A stretch of DNA of 63,795 nucleotides, the filler included, from Octopus bimaculoides (taxonomy: Eukaryota), in NCBI RefSeq assembly GCF_001194135.2. It is 4 parts of 4 records of this genome, joined end to end, with 100 filler letters (N's around TTAATTAATTAA, not from the genome) between each part and the next. Parts side by side here need not be neighbours in the genome. Positions count along the whole stretch, not along the records: positions 24,353 to 41,977 come from NC_069001.1; 3 more parts are not named here. One strand, given 5' to 3'. The notes beneath the pieces are model-generated. The model was not told where the DNA came from and made no database searches. It saw nothing but the letters and a program-made list of their open reading frames with translations. Below are positions 24,253 through 35,420 of the stretch, piece after piece; positions within the stretch are counted from its first letter, which is position 1; every line of letters begins with the position of its first letter. The translations under genes were made by a program, and so were the position numbers.

Positions 24253-24352
24253 NNNNNNNNNNNNNNNNNNNNNNNNNNNNNNNNNNNNNNNNNNNNTTAA
24301 TTAATTAANNNNNNNNNNNNNNNNNNNNNNNNNNNNNNNNNNNNNNNNNNNN
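24253..24352. other. Artificial assembly linker N44-TTAATTAATTAA-N44
   Basis: Exactly 100 bp, stops in all six frames, identical at 41978-42077 and 59861-59960. Confidence 0.95.
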
Positions 24353-24388
24353 AAGTAATAAAGGTTTAAAAATTTATTTTTTTTACAT

Positions 24389-24451
<63 letters not shown>

Positions 24452-24529
24452 TGTGTGTGCGTGTGTGCGTACGTCACGAACACAGAAGAGTTTTTACGGG
24501 GTCATTTCATCCGTTAGAAATAGCAATCA

Positions 24530-25050
24530 AATCCCCTTTCACTAAAATGTATCCAGATTTTGTAGTAAAACTGGTACATATACATGGTAGAAACACATGG
24601 GCCACGATGAGCAATACCATTTCTCTTTTCACTAAAAATAGATCTGGATATATCAGAAAGATATATCTTGTACCTAAAACGACAGGAAAATTTTAAATTT
24701 TAAATATTACTCCAGCCATATGGACTGCTCTTTCTTATTTCACGAAAATATATTCAGATTTGGTACCAAAACTGGTGGGGATTTTTTCAATATCTTAAAC
24801 TTGCATCGTCTTCCTTTTCTCTTTTCATTAAAATATTTTCAGATGTGCTAAAACTGGTAGGAATTTTACATGTTAATGAACGCTGCTATTTCACCAACTA
24901 AAATATATTCATCGGGGTTTTTTATGATATAAATATATTTCGTTCATGATGGGTGGTACCCTTTCTCTTTTCACTGCAACAGATCCAGATGTATTAGAAA
25001 AATATACCCAGATTTTGTGCTAAAACCGATGAGAATTTTTTTAACTATAT
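24530..25050. repeat. Highly degenerate minisatellite, about 6 units
   Basis: Recurring TTTTCACTAAAATATAT.CAGATTTTG...AAAACTGGT at about 24535, 24620, 24735, 24815, 24890 and 24960. Confidence 0.55.
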
Positions 25051-25584
25051 ATATATTTTAAATGTTCCGCGGCGGCTATTGTTCCACAGTAATGCTGTTT
25101 AACGTTACATCTTCCTCGACCAGCAGACGACAAATATCGTGCAGAAAGCTATTTCTCTTATAAAACCTTCAGCTGTCGTATTTTCCCCTGTTGCTTTTTC
25201 TATCGAGGATAAGGTTTCAAACAAATAAATAAATAAGCAGAAATCTAATAAAATGAAAATAAAATAAAGATGAAAAACGAACAAAGAAAAGTGACTTCCA
25301 CTGTCCCTCCGTATGATGGATGTTAAAAGTTTGGTATTTGGTTCCAATGTTTCCTGATAAAGGATTCGTTTTCGATATTATATGAAGAGCAAGAACAACA
25401 AAACGTGTCTGCAGGGAATTAGATACCAGTTAAGCTGATAGTAACCGTTAATGCGTTTCAGATAAAGACAGATCAAAGATTAACGGCTCTGGGTAATGTA
25501 TTTTAAAACACGTGGGAACGAAAACCGATATACATATATGCATACATAAATACATACATACATGAAAACATACATGTATGTATG

Positions 25585-25648
<64 letters not shown>

Positions 25649-25833
25649 TATATAAAGAGAGCGAAAAGGATGTGTAAGTGGTCTTTTATTATATAATATA
25701 AACACATCCAGACATTTAAAGGTTTTTATTGCATATGAATGAGTGTGCGTGTATGTGTGGTGTGTGCGTGTGCGTGGGTAAGTGTGCGTGCATGTATTTG
25801 TGTGTGTGTGTGAGTGTATGCATTCATACATAC

Positions 25834-25867
<34 letters not shown>

Positions 25868-26004
25868 CATCATCATCATCATCATCATCGTTTAACATCC
25901 GCTTTCCATGCTAGCATGGGTTGGACGATTTGACTGAGGACTGGTGAAACCGGATGGCTACACCAGGCTCCAATCTAATTTGGCAGAGTTTCTACAGCTG
26001 GATG

Positions 26005-26005
<1 letters not shown>
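25868..26005 (-). mobile_element. Family-D retroposon 3-prime end with (GAT)n tail
   Basis: Reverse complement of 56790-56902; ends GCATGGAAAGCGGATGTTAAAC(GAT)n. Confidence 0.8.
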
Positions 26006-26049
<44 letters not shown>

Positions 26050-26050
<1 letters not shown>

Positions 26051-26335
26051 CCTCGTGATTAAGGCGTTGCACTTGCGATTGTGACATCATGGTTTCGATC
26101 CCTGGACCAGGCGGAGCATCGGTGTTCGTGAGCAAAGCACTTCATTACACGTTGCTCTACAATCGCTTCGATATCTGACATATAGCACATCGCGCGCCTG
26201 TACAGGTAATGTCAATTTTTGATGACCAGTGTGAGCTAATGTACAACACAGACATTTGATCACTATCAACGAATCATCTGTTCAGGTTGTTCAGCAAGAA
26301 ACTGCAAAAGACCTCATCTGTCGTCTACGAGAGGT
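26050..26335 (+). mobile_element. SINE head 1 + tail Z
   Basis: tRNA boxes, GTGTTCGTGAGCAAAGCACTT, then a tail shared with 52656-52895 (CCTGTACAGGTAATGTC...ATGTACAACAC). Confidence 0.7.
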
Positions 26336-26374
26336 AGGTTGAACGTATATGTGAATGCGCGTGCGCATGCATGC

Positions 26375-26758
26375 ATATATGTATGAATCTTTTGTATTTA
26401 ATCATTTAGATTCTTCCTCTGAAGAAGGAGCTGGTTTTGAACAAAGATACAAACCTCCATGATTGGAATTTAGAAAACGAAAACAATGTCACATTTTAAA
26501 CCTGAGAAAAGTCTTGCATAGTTTTGCAGTTCCGCTTACAGATTGTATTTGTAATATGCAAAGCAGTTGGTTGATTTCTTTTACTGAAAATCCAAGCTGA
26601 TCCAGACTGACAGATAGGCATTTACTTACAAAACTAAGTGCTCCAATCATTATTGGAATAAATGTAAATTTGTAATCCAGATATAGAAGCTGGAGGTTTC
26701 GAAGCAGTTGTCCATAATTACATTTCTCTTTGATTTTCAAAGAGATATTCAAATTAGT
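26375..26758 (-). mobile_element. R4-like RLE non-LTR element 3-prime end (second family)
   Basis: ORF 26489..26752 FIPIMIGALSFVSKCL...LGFS...LQIQSVSGTAKLCKTFLRF matches the RLE C-terminal pattern; about 110-bp 3-prime UTR. Confidence 0.75.
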
Positions 26759-26825
26759 AAGACGTATGTATGTATGTACGTATATATGTATGTATGTACG
26801 TATATATGTATGTATGTACGTATGT

Positions 26826-26960
26826 ATTTTCTGTTTCTAATTATTTAAATTCTTCATTTGGGGAAGGAGCTGGCTTTATAACAAAGATACAAAGTTCCAT
26901 CTTCGGAATGTAGATAACGAAAACAATGTCACATGTTAAACTTCAGAAAAGTCTTGCATA
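26826..26960 (-). mobile_element. Second, shorter 3-prime end of the same R4-like family, embedded in (CATA)n
   Basis: Shares GGAGCTGG...AACAAAGATACAAA...AACGAAAACAATGTCACA...GAAAAGTCTTGCATA with 26420-26520. TATG/CATA repeats on both sides. Confidence 0.75.
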
Positions 26961-27034
26961 TGTATGTGTGTATGTATGTGTGTACGTATGTATGTATGCA
27001 TGCATGCATGCGTGTGTGTGTGTGTGTGTGTGTG

Positions 27035-27085
<51 letters not shown>

Positions 27086-27102
27086 TCAGAACGAATACCA
27101 CA

Positions 27103-27307
27103 GCGGTGAGCTGGCAGAAACGTTAGCACGCCGGACGAAATGCTTAGCAGTATTTCGTCTGCTGTTACGTTCTGAGTTCAAATTCCTCCGAGGTCGACTT
27201 TGCCTTTCATCCTTTCGGGGTCGATAAATTAAGTAATCGACTTAATCCCTTTGTCTATCCTTGTTTGTCCCCTCTATATTTAGCCCCTTGTGGGCAATAA
27301 AGAAATA
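27103..27307 (+). mobile_element. Family-B SINE with tail B3
   Basis: Full head, internal deletion, tail CCCCTTGTGGGCAATAAAGAAATA. Imperfect 15-bp TSD AGAACGAAyACCAmA at 27088-27102 and 27308-27322. Confidence 0.85.
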
Positions 27308-27444
27308 AGAACGAACACCAAAAAGCATTATGTCTGACGCTCCAGCAACTCTCTCACTTCGCTGCCTGAAAGTTTCAAAATGCTTTGGTGTCGTTGAAAC
27401 CCTCAGACATCGTCATTGTCATAAATCCCTTGACATTCATGTCT

Positions 27445-27710
27445 GTAGCTCTTGGACTCACAGGGCCCGGTCACCCTATTTCTACGGCGTATAAAAGACC
27501 GAAATCACAACATTCTTCCCTGAATGGGGCAACGGTCTATCACAGGGTTAGTCATTTACAATTGAATGAACCGGTGCAACGTGAAAGGAAGCGTTTTACA
27601 CAGGAGCATAACACAACGCAACATCCGATCCGGGATTCGAAAACTTGGTCCTGCGATTGTGAGTGCAACACTCTAAACACTAAGACGCGCGATTTCACTA
27701 TCACTATCAT
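27445..27710 (-). mobile_element. Degenerate SINE head 1 + tail Y
   Basis: GACTCACAGGGCCCGGTCACCCTATTTCTACGGCGTATA aligns to tail Y at 34775-34820; tRNA head at the right end. Confidence 0.6.
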
Positions 27711-27948
27711 TAAAGCCAGAAATATCGAATTACCCAGGTAGGGAGATATGATTTAATGTGTGTAAAAACCAGGATAGAAACAGTAACTAATTAGTTTTTC
27801 AATGACAGGAGTTCGATGAAGAACAGACGCCAAGATAACGGCTTGTCAGAGTGAATTATGGGCGTATTGGTTTCATAAGCCTCGATCAGTTTATTAGTTG
27901 ATTAATTCAGATTAATGACCAGATATTTTAGGGAATGTTAAACTAGTT

Positions 27949-28027
<79 letters not shown>

Positions 28028-28114
28028 CACATACATACAGGGTACGGTGAATAAACTGTCGTCTAAATTACGCAAAACTGAAAATAACACTGACATCATA
28101 TTTTAACAGCTATA

Positions 28115-28530
28115 CGAGGTCTGATCAATAAGTATCCGGCCTGTCGCCATATTAACGAAATTAAAGCACGCAGAGTAAAGCCGCTTGGCAAAAATTGACC
28201 TTAAACTCTGCTGTGCATGCGCACTAAGTTTTAACGTTCTAGCTCGCTTCTGCTGTTTACAGAGGCGCTTGGAAGGAACGTGTGTAGCGTGTGATCATGG
28301 CATTACCACGACAGAGAAAGTTGTCATGGCGATACCTGTTCAGAAGCCAACATAAAGTTTCAGAAAGTGTATGGAGAGGAGTGAATGAGCCGCAGACAAG
28401 TGTACGAGTGTTTCAGACGTTTCCAAGATGGCCGAAAACATGTCGCTATTGACGAACGTTCAGTGAAATCTGCAACCAGTAGAACTGAGAAAAACATCGT
28501 TGATGTGCGTGCAGCTGTGAGAGTAGCAGT
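28115..28530 (+). mobile_element. mariner remnant: left TIR and transposase HTH fragment
   Basis: TA + CGAGGTCTGATCAATAAGTATCCGG. Translation KFQKVYGEE*MSRRQVYECFRRFQDGRKHVAIDERS...TSRTEKNIVDVR matches the mariner N-terminal HTH. Confidence 0.8.
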
Positions 28531-29144
28531 TTTCCGTTCATTTTGGCAACTCCATGGCAATATGTTTCTGCAGTAATGGTTTTTTTCCGGGTTCTAAGAC
28601 GTTATAGTGGATAAGTCTAGCAGTATACCACCAAACTGTCAGCATAACCTTCATTTTAAAGAGCTCGGCTTTAGGGAAAATTTTCCGTGCGTCATTTTGG
28701 TCCAACCACTGCGAAGAACATTTTTTTATTATTTTACAGAATCTACTTTTCGTCGCAAATTACAATACAATCGAGAAATGGATCGGTCTGGTTAAGGAGA
28801 AGAAGCGACGAGTAAATTTCATATTTCATTTCATATCTTCTCTGGTACATTCCATTTCATGCCTTCTCTGGTACATTCCACTAGTATTCCTTTTTATTAT
28901 GAGTGACTATGGTTTCTACCATACCGTGAGTTCTTATTTCTTTGTCCTCGGGGTTACCTTTCCGATGAATTTCATTATAGAGTATCCTAGCCACAGCATC
29001 ATGTCTCATCGGTAGATAATACCGTGATGACGTTTTCGGACAACTGCTTATGCTGTATGTGGTGTCTTAGGTGTCAACTCCACAAAGTCTGCAACAATTG
29101 CCATATTTTACTGCTTTTCCTGCATCTTTTCCTTGGTTGATATG

Positions 29145-29434
29145 TTGTTGTTGTTGCTGGCACTCCGTCGCTTATGACGTTGCGGGTTCCAGTTGATCCG
29201 ACCAACGGAACAGCCTGCTCGTGAAATTAACGTGCAAGCGGCTGAGCACTCCACAGACACTTTGTACCCTTAACGTAGTTCTCGGGGATATTCAGCATGA
29301 CACAGAGTGTGACAAGGCTGACCCTTTGAATTACAGGCACAACAGAAACAGGAAGAAAGAGTGAGAGAAAGTTGTGGTGGAAGAGTACAGCAGGGCTCGC
29401 CACCATCCCCTGCCGGAGCCGCGTGGATGGAGCT
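29145..29434 (-). mobile_element. SINE head 2 + tail X, cut by gap
   Basis: Colinear with 562-900. Confidence 0.85.
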
Positions 29435-29987
29435 NNNNNNNNNNNNNNNNNNNNNNNNNNNNNNNNNNNNNNNNNNNNNNNNNNNNNNNNNNNNNNNNNN
29501 NNNNNNNNNNNNNNNNNNNNNNNNNNNNNNNNNNNNNNNNNNNNNNNNNNNNNNNNNNNNNNNNNNNNNNNNNNNNNNNNNNNNNNNNNNNNNNNNNNNN
29601 NNNNNNNNNNNNNNNNNNNNNNNNNNNNNNNNNNNNNNNNNNNNNNNNNNNNNNNNNNNNNNNNNNNNNNNNNNNNNNNNNNNNNNNNNNNNNNNNNNNN
29701 NNNNNNNNNNNNNNNNNNNNNNNNNNNNNNNNNNNNNNNNNNNNNNNNNNNNNNNNNNNNNNNNNNNNNNNNNNNNNNNNNNNNNNNNNNNNNNNNNNNN
29801 NNNNNNNNNNNNNNNNNNNNNNNNNNNNNNNNNNNNNNNNNNNNNNNNNNNNNNNNNNNNNNNNNNNNNNNNNNNNNNNNNNNNNNNNNNNNNNNNNNNN
29901 NNNNNNNNNNNNNNNNNNNNNNNNNNNNNNNNNNNNNNNNNNNNNNNNNNNNNNNNNNNNNNNNNNNNNNNNNNNNNNNNNNNNNNN

Positions 29988-30040
<53 letters not shown>

Positions 30041-30506
30041 GCACGCACGCACACGCACATACACATACACATACATAAACACACATACGCACACACATGC
30101 ACACACACACATACACACACACACATTAAACGTACATTTCTGGACCAAGATAGGTTAAAGACCAATGTCAAAGGTCAGAGTGATAATTTCTAGTATGATT
30201 GAAGTCCGGTGGTAGTTATATATCGAAAGCGGTATGATCGAAGCGCATCGAATAATTAATTATCGAGAAGTCATTGACCAGCACACTCCCGCTTCTGGAT
30301 TATTGACATGCTGTCTATTCTCTCTGCATGTTACTACTGTACTACACTGATCACCACAGGATCGAATCCTTATTGCGATATGGTCGCTTGCGTGCCTCAA
30401 ATCACCCTGAGAGCTATGTCAGCAAACCGCAAGGTCCTTGTAGGACCTCCTATGCTTGACTGGTTAAAGACCAGACTAGTATGAACCACCTTTTCCCACC
30501 TTTTGG

Positions 30507-30715
30507 ACTCATGATCGTAAGATTGTGGTTTCGGTTCCGGGGCCGGGAGACGCGTGGTGTTCTTGAGCAGAACACTTCATGCCATGTTGCTCCAGTCCAC
30601 CCCGCTGGTAAAAATGAGTAATCCTGCGATGGGCCGGTGTCCCATCCATCTAGGTAGGGTATATATACGCCATGAAACCGGGAAACCGGCCCTTATGAGT
30701 CGGTATGACTCGAAA
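30507..30715 (+). mobile_element. SINE head 1 + tail Y
   Basis: GTGTTCTTGAGCAGAACACTT...AAAATGAGTAATCCTGCGATGG...ATACGCCATGAAACCGGGAAACCGG. Confidence 0.75.
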
Positions 30716-30824
30716 AAGTAATTTTACCCCCTTCTTTTTTACCAACATTGTTACGTAGAAAATTACCAACTTACAGAAGCATTAAGTTTTAACATTTTAA
30801 CTTGTTTCAGCTCGAGGTCTGGGG

Positions 30825-30899
30825 TTATATCAGGAGGGTCCACCCATGTAAAATAAAATTCAGAGGGCCCACAGGTAAAAGATGGTTGAGAAACACTGG
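30825..30899. mobile_element. Right-end fragment of a hAT MITE related to 51505-52038
   Basis: GGGTCCACC...AATAAAA...GGTTGAGAAACACTG followed by GTCTAAAG. Confidence 0.5.
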
Positions 30900-31029
30900 T
30901 CTAAAGGGAGGTGGTATTCTCCGGTGACGAAAAGCAACAGCAATCAGCACCACCGTCAATACTGAGTCAAAAATATGGAACATTTCACGAATTTGTGTAT
31001 TGTCCATACTAATCTTCTCTGTATACTAA

Positions 31030-31317
31030 TTTTAGTATATGTAATGCCGATGACAATTCAAAAGCAACAAGAACTGAAAGAGGAAGGCCTTCCCTTCAGG
31101 GAAACATGATGCGTTTGGCGCTGACTTGGAACCCACAAGGGAGGCAGAAGAAAGGAATCCCTCAAAATAGCTGGAGGTGGGATAGTGAGACAGAGCTATA
31201 AAAAAAAAGTAGGTGTCCAAATGGAAATAAGCAGAAAAAACATCTCAGAACCAAGAACAATGGAAAAAAGTGGTCGATGGTCTATGCTCCATAAAGAGAG
31301 AAGAGCTTAAATAAGTA
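31030..31317 (+). mobile_element. RTE-clade LINE 3-prime end
   Basis: Translation RLALTWNPQGRQKKGIPQNSWR...QNQEQWKKVVDGLCS matches the RTE C-terminus (ALTWNPQGKR.RGRP..W...W...V.GLC). Confidence 0.78.
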
Positions 31318-31898
31318 CCCACACTAGACCCTGTTTCTGGGGGCTGGGTGGTCACGTAAGCATCTCCCACCTCCTCAGAGAATCCACAATTTATTCATTT
31401 CTCCTCTTCTCCTTACCGATATCTGTCTCTTATGGCTTATGCTCCATAGAGAGAAAAGGGTTTAAATAAGTACCCACACTAGACCCTGTTTCTGGGAGCT
31501 GGGTGGTCACGTAAGCTTCTCCCACTTCCTCAGAGAATCCACAATTTATTCATTTCTCCTCTACTCCTTACCGATATCTGTCCCTTATGGCTTATGCTCC
31601 ATAGAGAGAAAAGGGTTTAAATAAGTACCCACACTAGACCCTGTTTCTGGGAGCTGGGTGGTCACGTAAGCTTCTCCCACTTCCTCAGAGAATCCACAAT
31701 TTATTCATTTCTCCTCTTCTCCTTACCGATATCTGTCCCTTATGGCCTGTGCTCCATAGAGAGTAAAGGGTTTAAGTAAGTGATCATACTAGTCCCTGTT
31801 TCTGGGAGCTGGGTGGTCTCGTACCGACCACCCACCCGCTCAGAGACCCCTTGATTTATTCATTTCTCCTCCTCTCCTTGCGGACATTTGTCCCTTAC
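31278..31898 (+). repeat. Tandem array, 4 x 155 bp
   Basis: TATGCTCC at 31283, 31438, 31593 and (TGTGCTCC) 31748. Units 2 and 3 are nearly identical; unit 4 is most diverged. Confidence 0.92.
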
Positions 31899-31919
31899 CT
31901 AAAGAATCTTTACCAACAT

Positions 31920-32300
31920 TACAGAGATTTTTTTTATATATCTCATCAGCTAAACAATGATGTCTCCATAAGTAATACCATCCACATAGAACAAGCCTCA
32001 ATCTTCATTGACCCACTTTGCACCCAACTCCACAATACACACCCTTGGTGGTCCGTTCCAAATCAACACCAAATTGCTCAACTAGGCTTCCATATCCCCG
32101 CATACGAGCACAATAAATGCAGAGACATTTCCAGTTGTTCCAAAGAAGGATCTGGGCTCTGACAAAAATCCCTCCCATTACACTAAAGAGGTGCGTTCTG
32201 AAACTTGCTCCTATCTTTATCTTCTGTTTCAGTCGAAAACTGGGATATATAAATATATATAGGAAAGGAACGTTCTCGAAACAAATCACTTGATGATATG
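31920..32300 (+). mobile_element. Possible degenerate Penelope-like 3-prime end
   Basis: QIAQLGFHIPAYEHN loosely resembles WI..L....PYGLN. The terminal GGAAAGGAACGTTCTCGAAACAAATCA recurs inverted at about 34700-34748. Confidence 0.3.
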
Positions 32301-32619
32301 TACACACACACACGCACGCACGCATGCACACACATATACACACACACACGCACGCACACATACACACACACACATATATATTCGTGTTGTTATTGATTTC
32401 ATATTTGTTTATTTCATTTTATTTTATTTTATTTTTTTATTTCATTTGTTTAAATATTTCACGTTTTAAAAATGCATTATTGTAAAATTGCTATAATTTC
32501 TCGATTGAAACTTCTTTAGGAATGGTAAAAAAGAAATCAGAAACAATACATACATGCATACATACATACATACATATAAACATGCATACATACAAAACTT
32601 GCATACATGCATAATGCAT

Positions 32620-32683
<64 letters not shown>

Positions 32684-32930
32684 NNNNNNNNNNNNNNNNN
32701 NNNNNNNNNNNNNNNNNNNNNNNNNNNNNNNNNNNNNNNNNNNNNNNNNNNNNNNNNNNNNNNNNNNNNNNNNNNNNNNNNNNNNNNNNNNNNNNNNNNN
32801 NNNNNNNNNNNNNNNNNNNNNNNNNNNNNNNNNNNNNNNNNNNNNNNNNNNNNNNNNNNNNNNNNNNNNNNNNNNNNNNNNNNNNNNNNNNNNNNNNNNN
32901 NNNNNNNNNNNNNNNNNNNNNNNNNNNNNN

Positions 32931-32969
<39 letters not shown>

Positions 32970-33233
32970 TATATATCAGATGTCTCGGATCTATAATTAA
33001 TAACTGCACTGCAACATTCTAAAAATCCAATATTGACCAATGATAATGGAGCTATAATTTGCTATCAGATCTCTCTGCAAGAGACGAAGAAATCCAGTAA
33101 TTGCTACCAATATATCAATCTTCGTTGAATATCGATCACCTACTTTAGCGACTTCTGTTCCATCACCAAGGCTACCCATCTGCAGCGCGGACAATCAAAG
33201 ACGAGGAGAGAGGGAAAAATAGATATATAATAA

Positions 33234-33271
<38 letters not shown>

Positions 33272-33309
33272 TTTGCGCCAAAATTATTTTATCTTGCTAA
33301 CAGAAACTC

Positions 33310-33471
33310 CTTTCCTCCCTCTCTCTCTCTCTGTCTCTCTCTCTTTCTCTGTCTCTTGTACATTCGCACGCATATACACACACACAGACACATAATTCTC
33401 TATATCTCTAACTCTCAATCTTTCTATCTCTTTCTGTTCATCATTCCTCATACACTTACTTACTCCCTACC

Positions 33472-33527
<56 letters not shown>

Positions 33528-33696
33528 AACTCTCTCAAAGACCTTGTCTACCTCTTTCTTTTCTTTCTTTTTTTCTTTCTTTCTCTGAGGCTTTTTCCAT
33601 CCTTTCTTCGGATTATTTTTATTATACATTCACTCTCTCTCCCTTTCTCTCTCACTCTTCTTCTTTCTCTTCCCCTCTCTCTTCCTCTCCCCCTCT

Positions 33697-33734
<38 letters not shown>

Positions 33735-33797
33735 TTCTAACTGCCTTCTTTCCTTCTCTTTTCTTTCTCTCCATCCTGAACCGTTCTCTCTTTCTCC

Positions 33798-33831
<34 letters not shown>

Positions 33832-33987
33832 ACTTAGCTATGTATCTATCTATTGACCTATCTATTAATGGTAATTTCTCAGTGTATCTATCTATAGAGG
33901 TAAGTATCTATCTACCTGCTTACTTGTCTAACTATCTACCTGTTTACCTATCACTACCTACCTACCGATCTACTTATCTATCCATCC

Positions 33988-34022
<35 letters not shown>

Positions 34023-34039
34023 CATCCATCCATCCATCC

Positions 34040-34094
<55 letters not shown>

Positions 34095-34095
34095 C

Positions 34096-34147
<52 letters not shown>

Positions 34148-34150
34148 CTC
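33310..34150. repeat. (CT)n / (CTAT)n / (CCAT)n compound microsatellite
   Basis: Direct reading of the sequence. Confidence 0.9.
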
Positions 34151-34426
34151 TTTTTGTCTATTCACCTTTCCAATTATTATTCAATATATTCTCTCCACCT
34201 ATCCACCCGCAAACCCATCCACCCACACGCGTTGTCACTGTAAAGCGATACAATGATACCATAATCTTTCATTAATCGATCACCAAAAATAAATAACTCA
34301 TTAACTGACATCAATTATGACTTATGTGTGTGTGCATGCGTATGCAGATCTGTATATTATCTTGCCTATGTAACTGGGTAGCTGCCCGCGCCTTTGTGTT
34401 AGTGTGCTTATATGTGTTCGAATATA

Positions 34427-34646
34427 CAGGGTGGGCCAAAAGTCACGCACCAAGACATTTTACGTTCTATTTATATATTACGCTATTATAATAATAATAA
34501 TAATAATTATTATTATTATTATTCATTATTATTATTATTATTCATTATTTGATTTATTTTATTCAATGTTAGGAAACGTGAAGCATGTCTTTGACAATTC
34601 TGGACCGTAGTGAACTTGTTTTGTGCGTGAATTTTGGCCCACCCCG
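34427..34646. mobile_element. Tc1/mariner-type MITE with TA TSD and internal (AAT)n(ATT)n
   Basis: TA|CAGGGTGGGCCAAAAGTCACGCAC ... GTGCGTGAATTTTGGCCCACCCCG|TA, 22/24 TIR match. Confidence 0.85.
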
Positions 34647-34764
34647 TATGTGCATGTGTGTTTGTGTGCATGAGTGTTCGTATATGCCCGCTCGTGTGTG
34701 TGTGTACATATAATAAACTGATTTGTTTCGAGAACCTTCCTTTCCTGTATTCTTCTTGCGCCCT

Positions 34765-35166
34765 TTTAAAGCCTAGCCAGACTTATGGGCCCGGTTTCCC
34801 GGTTTCTATGGCGTATGTGTTCCCCCCCAGCTGGACGGGACGCCAGTCCATCGCAGCGTCACTCAAGAAACAGGAAGAAAGAGTGAGAGAAAGTTGGGGG
34901 TGAAAGAGTACAACAGGGGTCGCCCCCCACCCCTGCTGGAGCCTCGTGGAGCTTTAGGTGTTTTCGCTCANNNNNNNNNNGAAAGAGTGAGAGAAAGTTG
35001 GGGGTGAAAGAGTACAACAGGGGTCGCCCCCCACCCCTGCTGGAGCCTCGTGGAGCTTTAGGTGTTTTCGCTCAATAAACACACACGACGCCCGGTCTGG
35101 GAATCGAAACCGCGATCCTCCGACCGCGAGTCCGCTGCCCTAATCACTGGGCCATTGCGCCTCCAC
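34765..35166 (-). mobile_element. SINE head 2 + tail Y
   Basis: Head-2 body joins GCTGCGATGGACTGGCGTCCCGTCCAG...ATACGCCATAGAAACCGGGAAACCGGGCCC. About 90 bp is duplicated across the 10-N gap (likely artefact). Confidence 0.82.
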
Positions 35167-35214
35167 CCTTTCCTAAATATATTTATATATAGCGGTTTCA
35201 GATTTTGGGACAAT

Positions 35215-35420
35215 GCCAATAATTTTAGGGGGTGGTGGATGCGGGTGAGAGTCGATTACATCGACTCCAGTGCTCAACTGGTACTCAAATATATCGAACC
35301 CCGAAACGATGAAGAGCAAAGTTGACCTCCGCAGGATTTGAACTCAGAATGTAACGAACCGGAAGCAATACCTGTAAGCATTTTATGGGACGCTTCTGGG
35401 AACGATTCTGTTCACTTCAC
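35215..35420 (-). mobile_element. Degenerate family-B SINE
   Basis: GTCGATTACATCGACTCCAGTGCTCAACTGGTAC...GGATTTGAACTCAG. Confidence 0.75.

Noticed and set aside
24297-24308. TTAATTAATTAA as a biological motif (homeodomain or PacI-like site)
   Set aside because: Always centred in exactly 44+44 Ns; synthetic linker.
28036-28110. TACAGGGT possible second Tc1/mariner TIR hosting the mariner fragment
   Set aside because: No matching right TIR found by eye.
31278-31898. CRISPR-like array
   Set aside because: Full-length tandem units with no unique spacers, a eukaryotic context and no cas genes.
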